From assembly GCF_964355755.1 (NCBI RefSeq), contig NC_092672.1, positions 10,292,001 to 10,356,000 of the forward strand: a stretch of DNA of 64,000 bases. Direction: 5' to 3'. The stretch comes from Antedon mediterranea. Its lineage: Eukaryota; Animalia; Echinodermata. How positions within the stretch are numbered: position 1 is the first letter of the stretch; every line of letters begins with the position of its first letter. Below, one piece after another: positions 51,079 to 64,000 of the stretch. Below the pieces are notes generated by a model that was not told the DNA's origin, did no database searches, and saw only the letters and a program-made list of their open reading frames with translations. The position numbers and the translations under genes were made by a program.

Positions 51079-53720
51079 TACTACCAATAAACTCTAACTT
51101 GAAAAAACACATGCATGTTTATTGCTTGTTTTTTACTCACCTCGATATCGTGTGTTGGTTTTCTTACAAATACCAAAACTCTATCTATATTATAGTACAG
51201 GCGAGTGCCCAATATTTACTCCATCTTTGGAATACATGGGTGACACCAGTCATTTCAACAGGAAATGTATATAGGTCTGTTTTGGCTGTTTGATTTCTGA
51301 TACAATTTATTTAGATTTTGAAACAAAAAATTAATTTCCTTCCTGTTTTTAAAAATTCAATTCTTTTTGTTTATGTCATATCATATTTCCAATTTATTCC
51401 ATATTTGTGTATTCATTTTATATAATGTTTCGATATACTTTCTTGTCAATTTGGACACTAATGTTGATATTCTATATTAAATCGTTCTAAAATGTACAGA
51501 CATATTACGTGATATTATGTGTAGTGTCTACATTAACCATTCACACGTATTTGATGTTTCGAAATTGACTGGACGATAGATTATATTTCATACTAGTACA
51601 GTTCCGCAATTCGGTTCATTAGCTGAAATGTTTATTTTTAAATATAAATACACCTATATGATAATTATCGTAATTGTCTGTAAATATAAAAACTGATCAG
51701 ATAGTATTGGTCGGAAGATTGTGATAATTTGTAAAAGCGTTTTCTGTAGTGAGGGCCGATACATATTTTTTCCCTTTTTTTCAGTTGAAAAGTTTGCGTG
51801 GAAATATAAAGTCAACTGTATCACCATTGCACTGATGCGTCTTTCCTAACTGAAGGCTTAAACTACTTTTTAGTTGTTTCTATAACTAAAAGCGTTTTGT
51901 GCCTTGAGCGACATCGGTGGAAATGATGCATTTAAAATATGTATGATGGATTAGGAAAATTTAGGATAAATTAGGTCCAATTTGACTTCAAGCGATATTG
52001 TAGTTTATGTGCATTTTTTTAAATAGTTCATTCGTAAAGTTGTTGTGTTTGAGAATGTCGATAAAATGTAGGTCAAAGGAACCATTTTAAAATTTAAGGT
52101 CACATAAACCGGAAGTCAAAAACTATCGTGTATCCTAATTCAGTATAATTTTTGTTAAAGGAAATTGTATAGTCGTTAACACGTCGACTTTTCCAGCTAT
52201 ATTGGCCCAAACATATTACAGGGTTATTTATCCTTGACATGTGAACTTTGCTGGACGAGATTTGACAAATAGGTTATATTTTGGGTAGATAGCATATAAT
52301 AGGTAATATTAATTCATTAAAGTATTTTCCTGTTAGGATAAATATTGTCTTGGCATAACTCCTATTTATATATAGATATTATCCAGGTTTGATAACTTTC
52401 CATTTTGTTGGTAGTGGGTCAAAATGTCACATATTTAGATTAAGTTTTCGACAGCAGGTTATATAAGGCTATATCATCATGAATGTGGCAAACACATCAT
52501 TTACATAATGGATGTGCTTGTGTAGGCTTAGATACTATACCTACCAACAGACTGTTTAGTCTAGTTGATAGTTACTTTACTGAGAAATAATAACGAAGGT
52601 GTTTGCTGAAATATAATATTTAACTCTTATCCGTAACTTATATAATATTCCTAACTGTCCTTTAACATGTAAAGTATAATATTTAGATTGTGATATGCCA
52701 TTTCAATTGTTCCGAGAAACTGTATGTTTTGTATGGAAATATAAAAAACGGTGAGTTTAAAATAAAGAAGAACAAGTTCAAACACGCCCGTTATAAAGAC
52801 CTTCAACGACTAAAAGCTAACTTGAACCAAAGATAGTGCTTTGCACTCATGTCAATCCTGAGGGTGCTGCACCGCTGTCTTCTTGTTGTTATGTACAGTA
52901 TTGTTGTTCCTGAAAATTGAATAAAATAAAATAAATAAAATAAGAGTAAAAATGTAGACATTAACAAATAACAAAGCATCCTGCAGCTTTAAACAGAAGT
53001 GGAAACAAATCGTGGAAAGTGTAAATGTCTGATGAGTTTTAGGCCTAAGTTGCAGGCCTTACATATTATACGTTTTCCAATCTATCCATTTTAGTTCTCC
53101 TTAGAAAACATCTACAGTCCAGTTTTTATCACAATATCGATGAGAACGTAGATTACTTTTTGCACGGTACATCCCAATAAGCCTAATGGTCATTATTTAT
53201 TCTAAACACTGTTTGCTCAATTCCTGTCAATCTTGGATCGCTTGTGAACTTTCAGGTGTAATCTGTTTACGAGCACATTATGATAAAAGATAGATTTATT
53301 AAATAAAGTACATAATATATACAGAGCAGTGCTACCATTCAAAGGTCGCAGGCACATGCTCTAGTTAAGTTACCTGTATTTTAACTCTACACTAGCGTAC
53401 TCAGTTTGTCAGTTTTTATAAACGACGAAGGTAAGATTTTATCAATTGTAACTTAATTTCAGGAGAAAATTAAGATTTTCAATTTATGTTTAAAACGTTT
53501 TTATCTGTTATTTTCCAAATAAAACGTAACTTAACGAAGCTGAACACAATTAGGGAAACCAAGCGGTTCTTTTGAAGCTTGAGGAATCAATTTTTTTAAT
53601 TGATTACTACAATTAAAGCTGTCAGATTTAAAGACATTGTAAATAGAAATTTACAGTTAGATTAAATGAATGATCATAAGCGGAATGGTAAGGACAAGAA
53701 AAAAATATAACCAATCCTAA

Positions 53721-53856
53721 AGCTCTGCCTATACTATCAAACTTGTGACAACAAAATGTGATGTGCCCATATATGGACTTAATGATGTCATATCACTACC
53801 ATATTTGGGCACATCGCATATTTTTGTCAAATTAGTTTGATAGAGTGGACAGAGCT
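53721..53856. mobile_element. Harbinger/PIF-type MITE
   Basis: TAA|AGCTCTGCCTATACTATCAAAC...GTTTGATAGAGTGGACAGAGCT|TAA. Confidence 0.8.
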
Positions 53857-54211
53857 TAATTAAGAAGCAAGTATTGCCAATGATGACTTGATGAAACTGT
53901 CTTAAGAAACAGTCTACGAAGAATATTAAGGTACCAAGGGAAGAAAACCGATCAGAAATCATCAAGGAAAAATTACTCTGAAAAGAGGACAATTTTAAAA
54001 TGGCAATGATGAAGTGTGGAATGTTTTGCATAATATAAAATTGTATGCCTAAAGGTCTATAGGTCTTATATATAATAATGTGGCAAATATTGGTAGTTAC
54101 AGCTAGTACAGCATTTTCAGATATAAATTATGCAGTGTCAGTCGCTTCTTATCATTTATAGCAATGGCCTGATGGTAGACAAATACAAAAACACTTCATA
54201 ATTGATATAAT

Positions 54212-54639
54212 CAAAGAACTTATAACACAAGAATCTCCTGTTCGTCCGAAGCGCGTAACAATTTCGAAAGGCATTGTGGGATAGAATAGAGCTATGGGTG
54301 GCGCCATTGTGAGCCATGGAGTAGGGCGCCCGCATCAAATTAGAAAGTCAAAATCATAGAGGGGATCTGCTAATGCTCTAGGGGGATAGAGTAATTGACT
54401 GAGGAGTAGGGCGCCCGCATCAAATTAGAAAGTCAAAATCATAGAGGGTATCTGCTAATACTCTAGGGGGATCTGCTAATACTCTAGGGGGTAGAGTAAT
54501 TGACTTCCTAGTTTGGAGGGGGCGCTGCTCCATGCTGTGAAATGGCGTCGCCCAGTTTGACCTTTTAACCCTGTACTTCCGATACTGTGTTTTGAATGCA
54601 AATTGAAGAACAGGAGATTCTTGTGTTATAAGTTCTTTG
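54212..54639. mobile_element. Non-autonomous TIR element (P-like termini) with internal tandem duplication
   Basis: Perfect 32-bp TIR CAAAGAACTTATAACACAAGAATCTCCTGTTC. Internal ~84-bp repeat at 54318-54400 and 54402-54505. No matching TSD. Confidence 0.7.
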
Positions 54640-56517
54640 GCCTACACTGTATTAAATAAGATTGTATGCAAACAACTGTTTAGTAGGCCAATTGACTATC
54701 TATCTATCGTGGTAAGATTATCCTTTACGATGTATAGTGTATAATTATATATACATAAAAGTACACATACTCAAGTCTTGGATTAGTATTGTAAACCTAT
54801 AACTCTTCAAAATGTACCAGCAAAAATTCAAAACAAGAAGTATCACTTCACTCTGCATAATATTCTGTCTTTTATTAACATTATATGCATACGTCGTTAT
54901 CTACAAGTTATATATAGGAGAATTTATCTATGGTGAAGGGTGTGTTGTGTAGTTAGTAGATCGTAGATCGTACATCTTTTGTGTTTGTCATTTGCTTACC
55001 ATGACGTATTTGAGAAAGATACAACCGTGAAATAATATCAGTACATTGAACTCATATTCACGTATCAACAATTGTATGTACTTTTGACTCATATCTTTAT
55101 AATGTATAACGTATTCAAAAATGGTTATTATGTCAGTTATTTGCGATTTATTTTTTCCACTGGTTTGTAAAGAAAGTTGAATTTAATGTAATCACCATCA
55201 AAACATTGGAGAGTTGAGGTATATTTTACGATGGGCAGAGAACCAATAAGTTACTGTTGAAACTGCATGAATGAATTACATTGGAAATTATGTTGTCAAA
55301 AAACGCGAATTTTCAACCAATTACTATACTTATGTTTGCAATTTCCGGAATAAATCTATGGGCACGCCAGGCACCTCTGTTTCGTCAGACGACATTAAGT
55401 TTGAATCAGAACTGTTTACAGTGACATGCGTTTAATATTAGACCTATATGTGTAAAGTAGTTGCGTTATACTGTTTTTGTTTGGGAAAGGAAATGGTTCG
55501 AAATTCAATAATCTGCTTTTATTCAGGTCGTACACCATGGGTATAGATAAATTAATAACATTTGTAGAGAACAAACCATGCGTGTGTGTGGAGAACAGTT
55601 GTCATAACGATTGCTATTATACCCATGGGTAAAATCTACACACATTTTCGGGTGGGTGCCAGATTTAATGCTTGGTATGAAATTATAAATATTGTCTAAA
55701 CCATTCGACTACATAAAGCGTTTGCATTAGAGAATTGTAATCAGGTGACACCTTGTCCTCATGCATGTGACTAATGAATTATTCATGTTATTTTTTACGT
55801 TTCAAGAGGGGTCCTCGTATGTATGACAACAAATATCCAGTCTCGAGCGTATTGTATTTCTCACTTGATTAGGCAGAATTAAGTAATAATGCATATTGTA
55901 TTGAGTATTCATTATTTTTCACACAAAATTCATAACCATATGTATTAAAAGAAGTAAAAAGTACAATAAAAGTGTGAAAAACAGGATAACCACAAGCAAG
56001 CAAAAGCTTTTGATCTGTTGTACCCTTGTAAATATAAATTTACAAATAAATTACAAAAATGTTTTCATTTTTAGTAAATTATAAATTATTCTTGAGGAAA
56101 ATGCTTTGCTGTTTGATTGGTCCAAATCATCTGCGTTGCGCTTACGTTCTTGCGTTGCGTTCCAGTTCTTAAATTTCCCACTTTTCACTTCCACCCACAC
56201 TATATAAAAGTATAATATAACTTACTAAGGTTTTGATGTATTTACTGGTTATTTTTAAAGGATTGTAAAAAATGTTCGTTAAGATTTCATGTTTCTATCT
56301 AATAACATTCTACTTCAAGCATGTAGTTATTATTAAAATTTATTATTATTATTATTTTTTTTTTGGAATGGTCCGTAATACTAACAGACAAGATAGCACT
56401 AAAAAACTATTACGTAACTACTACGTAACATCGCATGACTTGTTAAAAATCTTTAAATTGTCAATTTTGTTGTTGACAGGAGTAAACAGTTGTGTTGGAC
56501 ATGATTATAAGGTCACG

Positions 56518-59500
56518 ATGACGTCACAATTCACACACACTAACAGTAAATCGGAGCTTGTTATGGAAGAGACGAAAAAAACTAACCGCGGAATGGAGCG
56601 AGTATTTCTTGTAACAACCGTGTGTTTGGTGTTCGTTGTTATCGGACTTATAATAACTACAGGTATGTTCTGTTTTTTAAACTATATTACTTAATATATT
56701 TCATTTATATAACTCTGAAGTACTGGAATTATTTGGCCTCGGAAACACCTTGACAATTATAGGAGAATGAATGGATACTTTCAACGTGTGTTTAATAAGC
56801 CAATCATTCTATTATTAGTAACAACGTTATATAAATTCTTTAGAAAGTATAATTATTATAATTATATAAACATTTTGTCTTTTTTAAATATTTATTCAAA
56901 AGCATATTTATACAGAAAAAACAAGGTATAGATACAGTTTTACATATGACCCTGTTGATATTTTATCTGTTACATTTGCATAATTGAAATAATATTTTAT
57001 TTTATTTAAATTGCTGCCATAACATTAGGAAAAATAATAATAAAACATTTATAACCATACAACATTTCAGGAAGGTCTAAACAGCAAAATTATTAATATC
57101 TACTTTTTTTTTTGTTAATATGAGTGTATTTCCTTGTTAGTCTTAGTTTTAATTTAAAAATAATTAGATATCGGTATTTTTTGGTTAAGAATATGATTGT
57201 TACCTCCATTGTCAAGTATATATTAAGAGTATTACGACTTGGCTTATATCTGCTAATGCTAAGTTCGTTATTGTACCAGGCCTGACATTAATATGAAAAT
57301 ACAACTGGATTGAATGTATTACAGTAACTTTGACAGTCGATCATTTTGTTGATATTCTTGAGAGTAACGGTTTTAAAAGAGTATTTTACCTTAAGTTAAA
57401 ATTTCTTGATTGATTTAATATCCTAGTTTAACTAAGCCAAAAATATCCTATTTTTAACATTCGTGTTAACTTTTAGTAGCCAGGTTTTTTTATACAGAGA
57501 AAGGAAAACACAACCATTATTGTACAGAATATGTCATCATTATGTTAATCAATGTATGCGTCAGAGAACGTTTTAATTGAATTTCCTGCTTGAAACTCAA
57601 CTTTAGACGAATTTCTGGGACAGTAAGATCACGTGTATTTTGGAAGAAAGTTTAAACATATGCTACTGTAGATGCTTAATTCAAATCAAATAGATAACAC
57701 GTGCACAAATAATAAACTCATATATACGAGTATTTAAAATTTGTTTTATAGAGCAAATTAAAGAAATGTATTTTTAAAAGTAAGGAATGTGTGTATTAAT
57801 AATGATGGCATATACATGATTTCTACTTATTTTCGAAAGAGGAAATTATTAGTCATTTTATAATAGTACTATTGTAATTGTGTAAGGCTTACTGATTACC
57901 GGTTCTGTTTTATTTGGCCCAATCAGTATCGGGACAAAATAGGAAGAACCCCTAGGTTTTAACGTGTCTGAATTTCCTTGAATGCGATTGATGGGCCTCG
58001 ACTTAACACAGTATTATTTTAACTGAATCTTACAAGAAATAGTTTTCGTAGCTATAGGATAGTTCCACATGATACACTTTGTGTCCATCACATGCTATAA
58101 GGAATGGTTAAGGTTAGGGTCTAAACAATTTGCTTTGTAACTTGGATAACATTGTAGTGCTGGTAACATATTTGCAACGAAGAGAATACTATATTACGAG
58201 TATATGTACGAAAATGCGTTCACTGTAGTAAATGTAAATGGGAGAATAACTTGTGACTTACAGCCTACTTTTCTGAATTGCGCACAGGTATGTGGACGAC
58301 ACCTACCAGTGCTACCACAACAACACACAACTTTCTACTCCCCCAAGGGTAACCCGTTACTCTTCCAAAAGATGTACTGGGTTTTTTTAAATTTCACACG
58401 AGCCAGATGTGTACACTGGACCTCCAGTTTTAAGTCCTTATCCGAGAAGACTTCTACCACCATAACAATATTCAAGGAGTGACTTGAACCTGTGCTTATT
58501 ATATAGCTATGGTTTGCGGAGCGCCCCTACCTTAACCGCTCGGCCACTCCTCTGGCCCATCCAGAACGTAACCGGGCCCAACGATGCTTAACTTCGGTGA
58601 TCTGACGAGAACCGGTGTTTCAACGCAGTATATGCCGTAGTTAAACAGTCCTACATTTGTTTGTATCAACCCTGTTAGTGGCGGTAATTATCGCGAATAA
58701 CGATACGTTAATGGTTTTTTAGGTAACACTTTGTGGTATCTTATTCTCTAAGTCTCTTTACTAAGGAGAACATTTTTAGTATAATTTTCGTTCGTTCTAA
58801 TTATTGTGTCTTTTTATGAATAAAGTGTTTAAACATCCAAGCAATTACTGGTAATCATAAAAACCATTATTTTATTTTTCCATGGAGATATAACTTATAA
58901 TCATTCAGAAGAATGTATTTCTAAGTGCTAATGTTTATTTTATGATGACGTTACAAAAGCAGTACACTTGTTTAATGTTTCACTTGTTTAAATTCATATT
59001 TGTACAATATTTGTTCCGACATCATTTCATTTTCTGTTTTACAATTTCCTGTTTTGTCTTTTTTGGCAACCTGTTTGCAAAAATCATCATCCATTTGGTC
59101 ATCTTTTCATTCCGATGGTGTGCAACAAAAAATCACTCCAACGTTCACTGCCAAACGATGCTTCTACAACTTCATTGTATTTATGATTCGTCCTTCATTG
59201 TTATGGTAATCCACGATCGTCATTGCAAATGGTCATCATCACATCTCCACGTCGTATTTGGCACGTGACTTACGATCTCAGCCGTTATAGGTACAGATCG
59301 GAATAACTTGAAGCGGGAAGTCAACGCACTAAAAGATGAACCTGAAGTATGCACTACAGATCACTGTGTCAAGATGGGTAAGATTGTTCTCATACTACTG
59401 TACTTATATATTGACGTACCATAGCATGTCTAGCGGCAATACACTCCCTGCCAGTGCAATATCGTGTCAGACTGCAGGACCATACAATATCACCTAATTT

Positions 59501-62500
59501 CTAAATATCAAACTAATCTAACCTCTAGAAATAAAATCCCACTATAAATATGTGATAAAAATGTTCTGTAATAAGACATCATACTGCAGGATGTGTATTG
59601 CAAAAGATGATATACCGCACGTGTATATAGACAAATAATTTTTTTTGTTACGCCTATAATTTAGATAGGTCTTATTATACCAGTAATATTTGCCATATTT
59701 TTAAATAATTGTAACATTAATTTCATAATTGTTTCTACTTAGCTGGCAATCTCATTACAAATATGGACACTAGTGTTGACCCCTGTGACAATTTCTTCCA
59801 ATTCTCATGTGGAGGTTGGGAGAAGCGTTACGCTATTCCAGAAAACGAATACTACTATTCGGCATTTAGTGTCCTGAGAGAAGACGTACAGCTTGTACTA
59901 CGTGGTAAGAATAGACACCGTTTTTGGACTAGTGTTTAAAGTATTATTAATTGTTTTCTTTATTTCTACTTTAAATTATACATAAGTGTTTGTAAACATT
60001 GGCTCTGACGCTTCACCTACAGCTATCTAGCTTCGTTTTGAACTGCAACTGAATCAAGGCACTAATGTAGTGAAGACATGTTGCGAATGTACTGTTAAGG
60101 AATTCAGTTGAATTGTTCATTCAGTTTAATTTGAATAATTCGAATAACCCTTTTAATACGCCAATGGCAATTCATAGAAGTCCCGATAGAAGTATCTTGT
60201 TTTTTTCAATTCTGCAATTTTTTACTTACGAATAATTCATGATTTTTGTTCATTGACCTATAAATAAATAGTACAATTTATTCATTTGTATGTTGTTACA
60301 AACTTTGAACAATTTATAACATGTGACCCACATACCTACCTTGCAATCTTTTTTCAAAATGTCAATATGTTGACAGATAAATAGGTTCAACGCGAACTAT
60401 TCACTCGGAGTGTTACATTCAAATCAATCTAACAATTTACATTGTTACATTACTGATAATTACCTACATAAAGTAAATACACGATAATGAGCTATGTTTG
60501 TTTGGGAACAGATCTGTTGTCAGAAGATAGTACGCCTAATGATGAAAGTTCTAGCAGTAGTCGTGAACCGGATACTTTCAGAAAATCAAGAGATTTTTAC
60601 AAAGCGTGTATGGATGAAGGTACGTAACATGTTTATGCTTTATTATACATGCCATGTATGGGTTAAAGATTCATTCACAGACAATTTTTAATTTAAACGA
60701 ATTCTCACAAAGTGCCAGTTTAAATTGTTATAAGTAAATTAAATGAATAAAAAATGATATAGTTTTATTAAAACTGTTATTATTTGAACTATTAGGTATT
60801 GTATAAATGTAATATGTATCTGTTTCATAGAACTGTATACATAACTCACTTATATTGTCGAATGTATTAGCATGTAAAAGACGTACACAAAAGAGTTTTC
60901 GTTATTTTGAGAAGAGTGAATGGAATCGATTCATTATTCAAAACTGTGACAAGAATGTTTTAATGTTATTATCATGATCATTAGTTTAGTAGGTTAATTC
61001 CTCCGTGGTTTATACAAATCCGAATTAGCATACCCATCAATCAAAAGACTAAGAGGTTCGGACCCGACCTCCATATGTTGATTAAAACTTTCGTCGTCAA
61101 AAGGATTCTTTAAAACGGTGCCTCGTATCACATATAATCGCAATGTGTTCTTTGCTATTAACTTCTGTGTAGCCAACATGTCAAATAGTTAGGCATTAAT
61201 CTTATAAATATTCACCAGTGAGTCTTTAGAATGATACAGCTTTAAGGCGAATTTACACAGATGAGCGGTAACGGTAAGCGAAAACGCGCGAGCTTGTCCA
61301 CCCGCCGTAAAACCTTCTTTTGTTCAACTGCGTTTTGTGTAAATGGTAATATCATGGAACTATAATTATAGTTCCATGGTAATATGAAATAACATAGATT
61401 CTATATCATTTTGTTTACCGCTTACTGTTTACCGCGCACCGTTACCACCCGTCTGTGTAAATTGCCCATTAGTATTGTATCCGATCTTTGTAGTGTAAAA
61501 TGCAAAAGTGTACGCAGTCACCAGCAGTTTCTATTCCAATGATGAACCTTAATGAATAGGTTATTCTCTATGCTTCATATAAGAAAATCGTATTCAAGAT
61601 AAATTATAATTATTTTTTAGACACCATCGATAAATTGGACGGTGAACCCTTGATTGACCTACTGGAGTACCTCGGAGGATGGCCTGTGCTTGGACCGAGC
61701 CCAGGTGGTATGTGGTCACAACGAGGATACAAATTTGAGACACTCTGGGCAACACTGTCTGGCGAATTTAATAATCGTCATATTATTCATTCATACGTAG
61801 ATTATGACGATAAAAATTCATCCAGGTATATTTTGAAGGTAAGTTCTTTTGCATTTTTAAACTAGGTGGTTTTCCAAAAATTAGTCTATTACGTAATGTA
61901 TGACGGTTCATTCAGTAAGTAAATGTTGCCCAAGTATTGGTTGTAGGCCTACATACGGATTTTTTGTAAGGACATTTAGGATTTACGAGGCCGTATGAAG
62001 GTAGACCTACTATATTCGCATGTACTGGGTTTGGCATTGTTGTCACTACTCTGACTGACTGAACAGTCGATATCCCTATGAATATCTTCAATTATGTTAT
62101 CACATCTGTAACAAATCGTCGAAAACGAATCGACTTTACAGAGCTGGACGACGAATTGGACACATGACGTAATGAATAATTTGCATTCTATTTAATCAGA
62201 TCATTTTAGAAATGTGTATTAATGTCAACATACAATTTATGCTTATCTTACCTGTGTCTTGTTAAGAAATATATTTATTTTTTGTTTAGATTGACCAACC
62301 AAGTTTAGGAATGTCGAGTCGGGAATATTATTTGTCTAGCGAATATGCAGAGGTGAGTATCAATACAGTGAGAAGTCATACGTCAGTTGAAATGCCTTTG
62401 ACAATAATGATGATTACCAAGAAAGCGTCATTGTGCAAGACTGAGGATGATGTTCGTATCATGGAATTCACAAATTTTATATTCAAGATCAAACTTACTT

Positions 62501-63844
62501 ACGTTTTAAACTTGTGATGTTAAAACTGCAAAATGGTTTTATCAAAGTCTGCTTTTAGTATGTCTTTTGGTATGTTTTTTAATAACAACAATCAGTAAAC
62601 ATGTAGAAGCTATTATGTTTTAAACAATAAATGATTATGTTTATCTTTTTACTTACATCCAGACAAAAGAAGCTTATTTGAAATATATGACGGATATAGC
62701 ACTTTTGCTTAATGGTAGTCCTATTACTGTGAAAAGCGAAATGGAGGAAGTATTAGAGTTTGAAACCAAATTAGCTAACGTAAGTTCAGATATTTATTAG
62801 TTTATTACCGATAGAAATCAATAATGAATTCACTATGATTTATTCATTAATTAACCAAGACACCGTAAAAGCTCACTAAATACCGTTTCAATCAATCAAT
62901 TATATTAAATGTTATATTATGGATTTTATAAACAAAACTACTTTAGTGTTAATTATGTCAACAAACGACTAAACAATCCTAGGCCTAGCAAGGCTAAAAC
63001 GCCTGGGCTAGGCCTAGCGTAATCCTAACAGGCCTAGCTTAGTAGTTACTAGTAGAAGTAGTAATGTACTAGCTTGGCTGAAAGGCAAAACTTCGACAGA
63101 AAATTGGAACTTATCTAGGCTAATTATGGTTTTTCCAACAATTCCACGTCTTGTAGGGATGTCCCCATTAATTGATCAAAATCCTAAAACGATCTAAAGC
63201 TAATTTAAATGCCTTTTTGAATGAAATTAGTATATATATATCCAAATCGTACACAAAAATCTGCTGCTGTTGCAATATCTCGCGGTGTGGTATTTACAAC
63301 AAACAGAGGCAGGACGACAGGTGGCGCTGTTGTATTTCACTGTAATTTTTGTACTGTATAGGGGATTTTTTTTCATCCGCGAAACGTTTTTTTTTTCGTA
63401 CACAAAAACGTTTAAAAAAGTACTATTAAACGATCGTTTAATAGTGCGTACTATTGCATGCCATGTGACTCACAATCGTCCAATCAAATGATAGGAATGT
63501 ATTTAGGTGTTATATAATAGACCTTATACAATAATAATAATCAATAGGTAGGCCCTACAAAGCCGGAGTGGCGGGTCATTGATATTTAAATAGAATAAAG
63601 TACTGATCTTAACGAAATGATCATTCCATTCTTTCCTTCAATGTGTTTAGTATATACATTAAACAGAAGCATTTCCTTCAATGTGTATTTCCTTCTATGT
63701 GTTTTGTATACACATTGAAGAGAAGCAAATTAGCAAAATATTCTATCGTATATCTAGTTAACAACGCCTGACGAAGATCTGAGAGACAATGAAGCACTGT
63801 ATAATTTGATGACGTTGGAGGAACTATCTGCGGATGTACCGCTG
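56518..63844 (+). CDS. Neprilysin/endothelin-converting enzyme-like M13 metallopeptidase (type II membrane), 5' part; continues past the window
   Basis: Exons 56518-56662, 59282-59377, 59743-59904, 60512-60619, 61621-61838, 62290-62352, 62663-62779, 63758-63844. Short cytoplasmic tail plus TM (VFLVTTVCLVFVVIGLIITTAVIG), then CTTDHCV, MDTSVDPCDNFFQFSCGGW, FYKACMDE, LGGWPVL, IDQPSLG..SREYY, FETKLAN. Confidence 0.9.
58340..58552 (-). mobile_element. tRNA-derived Deu-domain SINE (minus strand)
   Basis: Minus strand: GAGTGGCCGAGCGGTTAAGG...GGTTCAAGTC...TCTTCTCGGATAAGGACTTAAAACTGGAGGTCCAGTGTACACA...GAGTAACGGGTTACCC. Confidence 0.75.
58556..58642 (-). pseudogene. 5S rRNA-derived segment (5' ~87 nt), abutting the tRNA-SINE head
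   Basis: Minus strand CTACGGCATATACTGCGTTGAAACACCGGTTCTCGTCAGATCACCGAAGTTAAGCATCGTTGGGCCCGGTTACGTTCTGGATGGG follows the invertebrate 5S sequence as I recall it; the 3' ~30 nt are missing. Confidence 0.8.
61245..61468. mobile_element. Second Harbinger-type MITE family
   Basis: Imperfect TIRs AGGCGAATTTACACAGATGAGCGGTAACGG / CCGTTACCACCCGTCTGTGTAAATTGCCCA, flanked by TTA on both sides. Confidence 0.6.
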
Positions 63845-64000
63845 GTAAGGAAACCATATTATTATTCAAAATAGACTAATAAAACTATGTTTTATATAAT
63901 TTTTCGTTTTATATCACTCTTTGACCAGATTTATCTTGGCCATTCCAGTAACAGTTTGTATTTTTAACCACTTTGTTTCCAATTATAGGCTTACTAATAA

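Noticed and set aside
47200-56400. Short ORFs in the intergenic region, and antisense ORFs over exons elsewhere
   Set aside because: No recognisable domains, AT-rich composition and no consistent splice chain.
58556-58642. Functional 5S rRNA gene
   Set aside because: It is truncated by ~30 nt, has several substitutions and has no terminator.
58942-59268. 108-aa ORF in frame with the second neprilysin-like exon, as a possible alternative N-terminus
   Set aside because: It ends in TGA four codons before the exon, has intron-like composition and shows no recognisable motif.

Overview
AT-rich (roughly 30% GC by eye), intron-rich animal genomic DNA. It is probably from an echinoderm or another invertebrate deuterostome, inferred from the SpAN/BP10-like astacins and Deu-domain SINEs. 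I rebuilt six protein-coding genes by hand from splice sites and reading frames. (1) SLC12A9 (minus, ~885 aa) has a pair of 158-nt duplicated exons that look mutually exclusive and encode TM8, plus one U12-type intron. (2) ANKRD49-like (minus). (3) TAF10 (plus), head-to-head with ANKRD49. (4, 5) Two tandem secreted astacin metalloproteases with an unusual architecture: astacin-EGF-CUB-CTL-TSP1-F-type lectin-HYR-CTL-[Ig]-CTL, with almost no propeptide. (6) The 5' part of a neprilysin/ECE-like M13 peptidase that runs off the window. Non-coding features include a 25-bp minisatellite, Harbinger-type, Kolobok-like and P/hAT-like non-autonomous DNA elements, tRNA-, CORE- and 5S/tRNA-type SINEs, several perfect palindromes, and strong over-representation of the 8-mer TAGGCCTA. 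All coordinates were read manually; family assignments rest on recalled motifs, not database searches.
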